DNA of 64,000 nucleotides from Bacteroidota bacterium (GTDB lineage Bacteria; Bacteroidota; Ignavibacteria; UBA10030; UBA6906). The stretch spans positions 8,522-72,521 of the forward strand of contig DATJAS010000006.1 in assembly GCA_035516035.1 (NCBI GenBank), in the 5' to 3' direction. Below are positions 1 to 7,860 of the stretch, in pieces; the first letter of the stretch is position 1; each line of letters begins with the position of its first letter. The notes below the pieces were generated by a model that did not search any database, had not been told where the DNA came from, and saw nothing but the letters and a program-made list of their open reading frames with translations. Position numbers and translations under genes: made by a program.

Positions 1-979
1 CCTCGTAGAGCGACTGGGCCCCGTCGGGCGGGGGCTGGAGCACGATCGGCGTCACGTCGCGCTTGTTTCTCAGCTGCTGCTCGTACCAGGGGACGACGTC
101 GTTCATGCGGAGCATGACGTCCCGCTTCACCTTCTCGACGAGGGGGGACGGGTAGCGGTCGTGCCCCTTCAGGAAATCCGCGAAGAGGGGAGCGTCCGCC
201 AGGAACGCCCCCGTGTTCGTCCCCGCCTCTTTCTCCTTGCTGAAGACGGTGAGCGCCGCGGCGTAGTCCTGCTGGAAGCGGAGCTCCTCCTCCAGCGCCC
301 CCCGCAGGGCGGCGTAGTTCCGATACGCGGTGTCCTGCGGCGAGATGTCGGGGGGAAAGAGGTCCGCGACCTTCTTCAGCTCATCGTTCATCGCCGAGAG
401 CTTTGCCGTGTGCGCGCCGACGGAGGCCAGCGCCGGGGCGAAATCGACCGACTCGATCGGCGGCGCGCCCGGCGCGGACGTGTACGTGCCGCGATCGACC
501 ACGTTCGCCGCGAGCGTCTGCCGGAGTGCAGCGTACTCGTTCTCGAACGTGTAGCGCCACCGCGGCACGTAGCGGTAGCGCATGCGCAGCTCGATATCCT
601 GGCGCACGGTGTCGATCACCCAGAAGTACGTGCCGCTGGAGAGGTCCACCGCGTAGACCATCGCGGAATCCTCCCGCTGCGCTTCATCCTGGATCCGCAC
701 GATCGGTCCCTTGCCGTCGTTGAACGTCCGCGTCATGTATGCGCTCAGGTACCACTTCGCGTTCGTTTCGAGGACGATCGCGAAGTTGTTGGCGAGCGGA
801 CGCGGGAAGCGGATGAAATACTGCTTCCCCTGGTCGAGCTCGAAGAATTCCTTGTCGTTTCTCAGCTCGATGTATCCCCGCTCAACGGGGGAGAGCTCCG
901 GTTTCGGCTCGAGTTCCTTGAACGTTGCACAACCTGCGAGGAGGGCGAGGGAGAGCGCGAGGAGCAGATGTGTTCGCAT
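1..979 (-). CDS. Lipoprotein of unknown function (3' end runs off the window start)
   Basis: Own minus-strand translation from ATG 979-977 gives MRTHLLLALSLALLAGCATFKELEPK..., a signal peptide plus lipobox LAGC. The frame stays open to position 1. It is absent from the ORF track because it has no stop in the window. The listed + ORF 161-1003 is its Arg-rich antisense frame. Confidence 0.6.
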   Translation of the reverse strand, partial: MRTHLLLALSLALLAGCATFKELEPKPELSPVERGYIELRNDKEFFELDQGKQYFIRFPRPLANNFAIVLETNAKWYLSAYMTRTFNDGKGPIVRIQDEAQREDSAMVYAVDLSSGTYFWVIDTVRQDIELRMRYRYVPRWRYTFENEYAALRQTLAANVVDRGTYTSAPGAPPIESVDFAPALASVGAHTAKLSAMNDELKKVADLFPPDISPQDTAYRNYAALRGALEEELRFQQDYAAALTVFSKEKEAGTNTGAFLADAPLFADFLKGHDRYPSPLVEKVKRDVMLRMNDVVPWYEQQLRNKRDVTPIVLQPPPDGAQSLYE

Positions 980-1082
980 CGGGGGATACTCCGTCGTGGC
1001 TGATTCGTGATCTTTGGAATATTGTCAAATGTTGCCGTTTGTGCAAGTGATCGCACTCCCCGGGCGCCCCCCCCCGCGTTGT

Positions 1083-1111
1083 TTGACTTTCAGAGGGTGC
1101 GTGCCTATCTT
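1083..1111 (+). promoter_or_regulatory. Candidate sigma70-type promoter (TTGACT-N17-TATCTT) for the ygfZ-like operon
   Basis: TTGACT at 1083-1088 and TATCTT at 1106-1111 with a 17-nt spacer. GGAGG lies about 7 nt upstream of ATG 1183. Confidence 0.35.
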
Positions 1112-1182
1112 GAACGATGCGGGTTTCGCGTCCGGCGGCATGCACCACCGGGGCGCCGCGCCCGCGCGCGGGGAGGCCGTGC

Positions 1183-2241
1183 ATGAGTGAGGATATGCTG
1201 TACGATCTTCTGCCGGCCGCCGTGCCGCCGGCGCTCTACCACGGGTGGAAGGCGCACCCGTCGTTCGGCGACGCCGCGGCCGAGCTGGAAGCCGCTCTCG
1301 GCCCGGGCGCCTGCGTGGATCATTCGATGTTCGGCCGCATCGAAGTGAGCGGCAAAGACCGCCTCGACCTGCTCCACCGGCTCTCCACCAACGCGCTCGC
1401 CGGACTTTCCCCGCACCGCGCGGCCGCCACGGTCTTCGTCACAGACAAAGGGCGGATCATCGACCGCGTCCTTGTCTGCGCCCTCGACGGGTCGCTGCTC
1501 CTTCTAACATCGCCGGGCGCAGAAGCGTTTCTGGTCCAGTGGATCGGGAAGTACACCATTACAGAGGACATCAGGCTCAACGTGGTAACCGCCACTACGG
1601 TAATGGCTTCGCTGATCGGACCTGAGACCATTTCCTCGTTCTGCGCGGCGACCGGATGCGCAGCGCCGCTCCCCGGTGAGATCACACGCGGGGGAGAGGA
1701 GGGAGCGTTCACGGTAGTGCGCGATCCCGGCGGAGAGTTCGCGCATGTCGTCGTCCCATCCTCACGGGGAGCCGCGCTCATCGGCGCGATCAACGCTTCT
1801 CGGCCGGGAGCACGATGGATCGGGTGGCTTCCGTACGAGGCGTACAGGATCACACGCGGCATTCCGGCGCGTCCCGGCGAATTAAACGGCGACCACAACC
1901 CGCTGGAGTGCGGACTGCGCAGCGCCGTGAGCTTCACCAAGGGGTGCTACATCGGGCAGGAAGTGATCGCGCGGCTCGATACGTACGGGAAGGAGAGGCA
2001 CGCGCTCGCCTCGCTCGCGCTCGGGCGGCCCCTCCCGGGGACGCTCCCGCTCACACTCACCAGGGGTGACATCCCGGCGGGCGTCCTCACGAGCGTGAGC
2101 GGCGTTCCGCACAGGGGGATCTACGGTGCGCTCGGGATCGTCCGCCGCGACGCTGTCCGCCCGGGGGAGACGCTCGTAGCCGGCGAGGAGGGCGCCACGG
2201 CAAGGCTCACGGGTTTCCCCGGCGGCGAAGGGCGCCCATGA
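1183..2241 (+). CDS. ygfZ: Folate-binding YgfZ / GcvT-family protein
   Basis: Carries the C-terminal signature FTKGCYIGQEVIARL (KGCYxGQE) on an aminomethyltransferase-like fold. Start moved from the track's 1117 to ATG 1183 (MSEDMLYDLL), which has a GGAGG RBS and lies downstream of the candidate promoter. Confidence 0.75.
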   Translation: MSEDMLYDLLPAAVPPALYHGWKAHPSFGDAAAELEAALGPGACVDHSMFGRIEVSGKDRLDLLHRLSTNALAGLSPHRAAATVFVTDKGRIIDRVLVCALDGSLLLLTSPGAEAFLVQWIGKYTITEDIRLNVVTATTVMASLIGPETISSFCAATGCAAPLPGEITRGGEEGAFTVVRDPGGEFAHVVVPSSRGAALIGAINASRPGARWIGWLPYEAYRITRGIPARPGELNGDHNPLECGLRSAVSFTKGCYIGQEVIARLDTYGKERHALASLALGRPLPGTLPLTLTRGDIPAGVLTSVSGVPHRGIYGALGIVRRDAVRPGETLVAGEEGATARLTGFPGGEGRP

Positions 2242-3098
2242 AGCTCAGCTACACACTTGAAGAGATCGAACAGTGGCGCGACCGCATCCACCGCCGCATC
2301 CCGTCGCGCGCGGTGACCACCAAGCGGCAGGCGCTCTCCTTCGTCAACGACGTGGGGTTCTGCTTCGCGTTCAAGGCGGAGAACTCGGAACTCCCCTGCC
2401 TCTGGCACGCCGCCTGCGGCGTGCGCGACCCGGTCATGCCCGAGCACACGCATCACGACCCCGGGATCTCGTTCGTCTGGGAGATGAAGAACGTCCTCCC
2501 GGCGGAGGGGAAGATCTACTACGGGAAGCTCCTGAAACGGCGGCCGATGATGGTATCGCTCGAGTTCCTCCCGTATTTCTACGTCCTCTCGCACCGCACG
2601 GGACTCAAGACGGAATACGAACGGGAATTCCTGAAGGGACGGCTCAGCACCACGGCGCGGGGGATCATGGACGCGCTCGGCGACTCGTCGCCGCAAACGA
2701 CGCGCGGCCTGAAGCTCGCCACGGGGAACCACGGGAAAGGCTCGCGCGTCCGGTTTGACCGGGCGATCGCGGAGCTGCAGGAGAAGATGTTCATCGTGAA
2801 GGTGGCTGAGCTCGACGACCCGTTCACGTTCGTCTGGGCACCGCTCAGGCAGACGTTTCCCGCCGAGGTGCGGAAAGCGCGCCGCGTCACGCCCGAGCTG
2901 GCGCGTGCGCGCATCCTTGAGCGGTACTTCAGGAACCAGCTCATCTCGTCTGCGCCAGCCATCGCGCGGCTCTTCCGGTGGGACAGGCAGGCAATATTCC
3001 ACACGCTCGGGCGCCTGGTGCGGGAGGGGATCATCGCCACGGGAATCAGGGTGGAGGGGAAAGATCACCGCTACTACTGTCTCACGGAGACCACATGA
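2238..3098 (+). CDS. Hypothetical protein, possibly a winged-helix DNA-binding (AlkZ/YcaQ-like) protein
   Basis: 286-aa ORF with normal composition. ATGA overlap with the ygfZ stop (2238-2241) and with the next start (3095-3098). Product is only a weak impression from the sequence. Confidence 0.5.
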   Translation: MKLSYTLEEIEQWRDRIHRRIPSRAVTTKRQALSFVNDVGFCFAFKAENSELPCLWHAACGVRDPVMPEHTHHDPGISFVWEMKNVLPAEGKIYYGKLLKRRPMMVSLEFLPYFYVLSHRTGLKTEYEREFLKGRLSTTARGIMDALGDSSPQTTRGLKLATGNHGKGSRVRFDRAIAELQEKMFIVKVAELDDPFTFVWAPLRQTFPAEVRKARRVTPELARARILERYFRNQLISSAPAIARLFRWDRQAIFHTLGRLVREGIIATGIRVEGKDHRYYCLTETT

Positions 3099-3940
3099 CG
3101 CGCCGCCGTCCCAAGCCCCCCAAAGCGTACAAGGACCTGGAATTCCTGAACAGCCCCGACGCCCGCGTCGTGAGGATGATCGCCGAGTTCCTGGAGCCCC
3201 AGAGGCGGTTCCGCAGGGCGAACATCAAGGATACGATCGTCATGTTCGGCAGCGCGCGGATCCGCCCCCGGAAGGAGACGCTCGCCCGGCTCCGCAATAT
3301 CGAGGCGTCGATACGGCGAAGCGCGAGGCCCACGAAGCAGCTCCTGACGTCGCTCCGGGACGCGGAGATCCAGGTGGAAATGTCGCGCTACTACGAGGAT
3401 GCGGTCGAACTCTCGAGGCTGCTGACGGCATGGGGGAAACGGTACGCCTCACCCCGGCGCTTCGTGATCTGCTCGGGGGGGGGACCCGGCATCATGGAAG
3501 CGGCCAACAAGGGAGCGTCGCTGGGGGGCGGGGAATCGATCGGGCTGAACATCAGCCTGCCGTTCGAGCAGTCCGCCAACGAGTTCGTCTCGCGGGGACT
3601 CGACTTCGAATTCCACTATTTCTTCATGCGGAAGTTCTGGTTCGTCTACCTGGCGAAAGCCCTCGTCGTCTTCCCGGGAGGATTCGGGACGATGGACGAG
3701 CTGATGGAGGTGCTGACGCTGCTGCAGACGGACAAGGTCAAGAAGCGCGTGGCGGTGGTAATGTACGGCGAGGAATACTGGAAGAAGGTGCTGGATTTCG
3801 ATGCGCTCGTCCTCCACGGGATGATCACGCGGGAGGACCTGAAGCTCTTCCGGTTCATGGAGACCCCCGAGGAGGCGTTTGCCTACCTCAAGGAGTTCCT
3901 GACGGCCACCTACCTGAAGAACGGGTCGAACGGCGCTTGA
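3095..3940 (+). CDS. LOG-family (TIGR00730-type) nucleotide 5'-monophosphate nucleosidase-like protein
   Basis: Contains the PGGFGTMDELMEVLTLLQT motif (PGGxGTxxE) and GGGPGIMEAANKGA. Start reassigned to ATG 3095 (MTRRRPKPPKAYKDLEF), which forms an ATGA overlap with the upstream stop. Confidence 0.85.
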   Translation: MTRRRPKPPKAYKDLEFLNSPDARVVRMIAEFLEPQRRFRRANIKDTIVMFGSARIRPRKETLARLRNIEASIRRSARPTKQLLTSLRDAEIQVEMSRYYEDAVELSRLLTAWGKRYASPRRFVICSGGGPGIMEAANKGASLGGGESIGLNISLPFEQSANEFVSRGLDFEFHYFFMRKFWFVYLAKALVVFPGGFGTMDELMEVLTLLQTDKVKKRVAVVMYGEEYWKKVLDFDALVLHGMITREDLKLFRFMETPEEAFAYLKEFLTATYLKNGSNGA

Positions 3941-3965
3941 TATTCAGGACGGCGTTCTCTACATT
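3938..3965 (+). promoter_or_regulatory. Candidate promoter for ssrA (TTGATA-N16-TACATT)
   Basis: The hexamers at 3938-3943 and 3960-3965 would give a short leader before the mature 5' end at 3980. Confidence 0.3.
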
Positions 3966-3979
3966 GAGCGTGACCATAC

Positions 3980-4354
3980 GGGGATGACCTGGTTTCGACG
4001 GGGACGGGATGGTCCGGATCGCATACCGTGCTCTCCGCGTTGCACGATAATAAAGCGGAAAACCAATAAGTGCGAACAACAACTACGCACTGGCTGCTTA
4101 ACTAAACCTTAAGCAACCCGTCTCGAGGGGTTTCGCCCGCCGGGCCCCGAAGAGGCGCCGAATTCAGGCGGGATAGTTCTCTCTTCCCCCCGGAGGGAGA
4201 GGGCGAATCAGCGCGAAAGCGCTGGTCCCCGGGGTGGCTCTGCGGGCGACCTGTCTGTCGGTTGCAGCAAGAGTGAAGCGTGAAAGACTGACTATGTATG
4301 TAGTGATCCCGATGGTCCTTTCTTCGGACGCGGGTTCGACTCCCGCCATCTCCA
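3980..4354 (+). ncRNA. ssrA: tmRNA (transfer-messenger RNA)
   Basis: 5' GGGGAUGACCUGGUUUCGACGGGG. 3' GGACGCGGGUUCGACUCCCGCCAUCUCCA, giving a T-arm and an acceptor stem that pairs with the 5' end. Internal tag ORF at 4072-4101 reads GCG AAC AAC AAC TAC GCA CTG GCT GCT TAA = ANNNYALAA*. The 3' CCA is not fully encoded (sequence continues ACAACG). Confidence 0.9.
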
Positions 4355-4361
4355 CAACGAG

Positions 4362-4392
4362 AAGCGCCCTTCCGCAGCCCGGGAGGGCGTTT
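4362..4392 (+). terminator. Stem-loop downstream of ssrA (intrinsic-terminator-like)
   Basis: CGCCCTTCC (4365-4373) pairs with GGGAGGGCG (4381-4389), with one G-U pair and a 7-nt loop, followed by TTT. Confidence 0.45.
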
Positions 4393-4421
4393 CCGTATCG
4401 TGCACGCGCTGGAAGAGACAC

Positions 4422-5273
4422 ATGACGGTCCGCCTGGAATTCACGAAGGCAACGGGAGCAGGGAACGACTTCGTCCTCCTGAACGCGATGGGAGGAATGC
4501 CTGGGGCCGACCTCCCGCAGCTGGCACGCGCGCTGTGCGACAGGCACTTCGGCGTCGGCGCCGACGGGCTCCTCGTTCTTGCGCCGAGCAAGCGCTCGGA
4601 CTTCCTGATGCTCTACTACAACGCGGACGGAAGCTCCGGCGGTATGTGCGGCAACGGGGGGAGGTGCGTCGCCCGTTTCGCGCTCCTGGAAGGGATCGCC
4701 GGGCCCCGGCAGCGATTCGAGGCGCTGGGGTTCGTCTACCGGGCGGAGGTGGCGCCGGCCGGAAGCGTGCGCCTCTCCATGAAAGATCCCGCGGGGCTCC
4801 GCACTGGCCTCCGGCTCTCACGCGGGACGGGTGAGCCGGTGGATGGGACGTTTATCGATACCGGGGCCCCCCACCTCGTGGTATTCGAGGATGACCTGGA
4901 ACGGCTGGACGTCGCACGCCTGGGGAGAGCGCTCAGGCTCGACCCGTCATTCGCCCCGGAAGGGACGAACGTGAATTTCGTATCCCCGGAGGGGGGGAGC
5001 ACGATCAGGATCAGGACATACGAGAGGGGCGTGGAGGCAGAGACGCTTGCATGCGGGACGGGTTCGGTGGCCTCGGCACTCGTTGCCTCGTGGCTGAGGA
5101 ACATGGAGAGTCCCGTGCGCGTCACGGTCAGGAGCGGCGAGGAGCTCACGGTGCACTTCGCGCGCGAGGGGGATTCCTGGCACGACATTGCGCTTGAGGG
5201 GAGCGCCCATATGCTCTTTCGGGGAACGGCCTTCTACGATCCCGTCTCATCCAGAATTCGCCGCTCGCCATGA
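4422..5273 (+). CDS. dapF: Diaminopimelate epimerase
   Basis: GNDFVLL near the N-terminus, and two catalytic Cys motifs (MCGNGGRC and ACGTGS). Confidence 0.9.
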   Translation: MTVRLEFTKATGAGNDFVLLNAMGGMPGADLPQLARALCDRHFGVGADGLLVLAPSKRSDFLMLYYNADGSSGGMCGNGGRCVARFALLEGIAGPRQRFEALGFVYRAEVAPAGSVRLSMKDPAGLRTGLRLSRGTGEPVDGTFIDTGAPHLVVFEDDLERLDVARLGRALRLDPSFAPEGTNVNFVSPEGGSTIRIRTYERGVEAETLACGTGSVASALVASWLRNMESPVRVTVRSGEELTVHFAREGDSWHDIALEGSAHMLFRGTAFYDPVSSRIRRSP

Positions 5274-6193
5274 ATTCCTACACGTTTATCGTCAATCCCC
5301 GGGCCGGCAAAGGGGACGGGCGAGCGGTCTTTGCATCGCTCAGAACGGAGATCGAAAGAAGCGGAATCTCCTGTACGGTGGTCATGACGGAGCGACCCGG
5401 TCATGCCACGCAGGCGGCCAGGGAGGCCGTCACACCCGTCGTTGTGGGTGTCGGTGGAGACGGGACGCTCAACGAGATCGCCAACGGCCTCTCCGGGACC
5501 ACGCGCATGCTCGGCATCATCCCCGCCGGATCGGGAAACGACTTCATCAAGAGCGTGGGGATTCCCCGGCGCCCGCTCGACGCATTCCGCGTCCTTCTTG
5601 CGGGACGCAGCCGGACCGTGGATGCAGGAACTGTGCGCTGCGCGGAACAGAGAGGGGGGGGAGGCAACTCTCCGCCCCGCCTGTTTGTTAACGGGGTGGG
5701 CGCCGGGTTCGATGCGGCGGTGGCGGCCCGCACGCGGGACATTCCGCTCCTCGGGGGCACCCCTCTTTACCTTGCGGCGGTCTTTCAGACGCTCGGGCAC
5801 TACGCGGCTCCGGCATTCAGGCTGGAAGGGGAGCACGTCCAGCGGGAGGCGCCATCCCTCCTCATCGCGGTGGGCAACGGCGTGTGCGCGGGAGGAGGGT
5901 TCTACCTTACTCCCGATGCCTCGATTGACGACGGGCTCCTTGACATATGCGCCGTGGACGACAAGAACGTGCTGGAGATACTCAAACTCATGCCGAGAGT
6001 CATGCGCGGGAAGCATCATAACGTTCCCGGTGTTAACTTCTTCCGCGATACGAACTTCACTATCACGGCCGATACTCGATTCTACGTGCACGCAGACGGG
6101 GAAATTGTCGGGGAAAACGTCCGCCGCGTCGAGATCGGCCTCCTCAAGTCACACCTGAGCGTGATCGCCCGGGAGCCCGATGCCGGCAGCTGA
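5270..6193 (+). CDS. Diacylglycerol/lipid kinase family protein (YegS/BmrU-like)
   Basis: GGDGTLNE motif and a DAGK catalytic domain layout. ATGA overlap with the dapF stop. Confidence 0.8.
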   Translation: MNSYTFIVNPRAGKGDGRAVFASLRTEIERSGISCTVVMTERPGHATQAAREAVTPVVVGVGGDGTLNEIANGLSGTTRMLGIIPAGSGNDFIKSVGIPRRPLDAFRVLLAGRSRTVDAGTVRCAEQRGGGGNSPPRLFVNGVGAGFDAAVAARTRDIPLLGGTPLYLAAVFQTLGHYAAPAFRLEGEHVQREAPSLLIAVGNGVCAGGGFYLTPDASIDDGLLDICAVDDKNVLEILKLMPRVMRGKHHNVPGVNFFRDTNFTITADTRFYVHADGEIVGENVRRVEIGLLKSHLSVIAREPDAGS

Positions 6194-6617
6194 GACCCGG
6201 CGCGATTTCCTGAAGCTCGCAGCGGCTGCATGGGGAGCACTCTGCGCACTCCCCGTGATCGCGATGGTGCTCCAGTATATCACGCCTGCCGCCCCCCGCG
6301 GCGCATCCGCACTCCCCGTCATGGTCGGCAGGACGACGGACTTCTCCGAGGGAAGCGTCAGGATCGTGCGGGTCGGCAGGGACCCGGTGATACTCATCCA
6401 TTCGGCTTCAGGTCAGTTCAGGGCACTCTCGGCCCGCTGCACGCACCTGGGATGTGTCGTGCAATACCAGGATCTCCCTGTCCCGCACTTCGCGTGCAAC
6501 TGCCACGGGAGCCAGTTCGACTTCAACGGGAACAATATCGCGGGCCCTGCACCCAGGCCGCTTCCTCCGTATCGCGTGACGCTGGAGGGACAATCTGTGT
6601 ATCTTTCAAAGGCTTAG
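6180..6617 (+). CDS. petC: Rieske [2Fe-2S] protein of Rieske/cytochrome b complex 1
   Basis: Twin-arginine signal TRRDFLKLAAA. Cluster boxes CTHLGC and CNCHGSQF. Confidence 0.85.
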   Translation: MPAAETRRDFLKLAAAAWGALCALPVIAMVLQYITPAAPRGASALPVMVGRTTDFSEGSVRIVRVGRDPVILIHSASGQFRALSARCTHLGCVVQYQDLPVPHFACNCHGSQFDFNGNNIAGPAPRPLPPYRVTLEGQSVYLSKA

Positions 6618-6630
6618 AGTAGAATATCTC

Positions 6631-7701
6631 ATGCGTTCCGGGCGACTTCTCAGAATCACCTCCTGGCTTTCGGTCCGGATGCCGTTCGGGGAGACGGTTG
6701 CGTTTCTCCGTGCCAAGGAAGTCCCGTCGCACAGGAAGACGTTCTGGTACTACTTCGGCGGGCTCACGCTCTTCTTTTTCGTCATACAGATTCTCACGGG
6801 CCTTCTTCTCGCAGTCTACTACCAGCCTGCGCCGGAGCACGCCCACGAGAGCATCGTCAATATCGTCAACCGGGTGCCGCAGGGCTGGCTCATTCGCTCA
6901 ATCCACGCATGGTCGGCGCACCTGATGATCGCCATGCTCTTCATCCACATGTTCAGCGTTTACCTCCTCAAGGCGTACAGGAAGCCCCGTGAGATGATGT
7001 GGCTCTCAGGGTTCGTCATGCTCCTGCTTGTCCTCGGGTTCGGGTTTACCGGCTACCTGCTGCCATGGGATACGAAGGCCTACTTCGCAACGCTCATAGG
7101 GACGGAAGTCCCGAAGTCGCTTCCGCTCCTGGGCGCATGGGGGGTCAGCCTCGTCAAGGGGGCCGATTACATAGGCGAGGAGACGCTCACCAGGATGTAT
7201 GCGCTGCACGTGACGATACTGCCGCTAACCGCGCTTGTTGTCGTCGCTTTCCACACACTGCTCAATCAGTATCTCGGAGTCTCCACGCCGCATGGAGAGA
7301 CCGTGACACGGAAGCCTGTCCCGTTCTATCCGGACTTCGCATACAGGGACTGTATCGCCTGGTGCGCGGGGTTCGCCGTGCTCCTTGCGCTCGCGACGCT
7401 TGTGCCTCGCGAGCTGGGCGAGAAGGCAAACCCGATGGCATCGGCGCCGGAAGGAATGCGGCCGGAGTGGTATTTCCTGCCTCTCTATGAGACGCTCAGG
7501 ATCGTCCCGGCAACCGTCGTGGGGATCCAGGGGGAGCTGATCGTGAACGGCGCGGTGGGAATACTGATGGGGCTCTGGGCAATTATCCCATTCATAGACA
7601 GGAGATCAGGGCGCGGGCTGAAGAGTCCTGTCTTTACTGCAGTTGGGGTGGTTCTCATCGTGTATATCGGGGCGACTATCGCGGCCGCTCTGCTGACCTG
7701 A
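6631..7701 (+). CDS. petB: Cytochrome b (fused b6 + subunit IV type), complex 1
   Basis: Haem-ligand His pairs in HAWSAHLMIAMLFIHMF and LHVTILPLTALVVVAFHTLL. PWDTKAYF, and the Qo motif PEWYFLPLYE. Confidence 0.9.
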   Translation: MRSGRLLRITSWLSVRMPFGETVAFLRAKEVPSHRKTFWYYFGGLTLFFFVIQILTGLLLAVYYQPAPEHAHESIVNIVNRVPQGWLIRSIHAWSAHLMIAMLFIHMFSVYLLKAYRKPREMMWLSGFVMLLLVLGFGFTGYLLPWDTKAYFATLIGTEVPKSLPLLGAWGVSLVKGADYIGEETLTRMYALHVTILPLTALVVVAFHTLLNQYLGVSTPHGETVTRKPVPFYPDFAYRDCIAWCAGFAVLLALATLVPRELGEKANPMASAPEGMRPEWYFLPLYETLRIVPATVVGIQGELIVNGAVGILMGLWAIIPFIDRRSGRGLKSPVFTAVGVVLIVYIGATIAAALLT

Positions 7702-7712
7702 CGGAGGCAAGC

Positions 7713-7844
7713 GTGCTCGTATTTCCTCAACTGACAGACAGGCTTGTCGTTCTCGTTGTGGGGTTGGTTATGTGCGGTGGCGCGGCGTGGCTTGTCAATC
7801 GGCTCCGTGTCCGGTCTGACCGTGCACGGGGTAATGTCAAATAA
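7713..7844 (+). CDS. Candidate 43-aa single-TM protein following cytochrome b (speculative)
   Basis: GTG at 7713 sits 5 nt after GGAGG (7703-7707). Translation is VLVFPQLTDRLVVLVVGLVMCGGAAWLVNRLRVRSDRARGNVK*, with a hydrophobic core and a basic tail. Not in the ORF track (too short). Confidence 0.25.
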   Translation: MLVFPQLTDRLVVLVVGLVMCGGAAWLVNRLRVRSDRARGNVK

Positions 7845-7854
7845 TATATATTAT
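7841..7854. repeat. Perfect 14-nt AT-only palindrome ATAATATATATTAT between convergent genes
   Basis: Read directly from the sequence. It is a striking AT island in otherwise GC-rich DNA, between the petB-side stop and the purL stop (7861). Confidence 0.6.
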
Positions 7855-7860
7855 GTAAAG

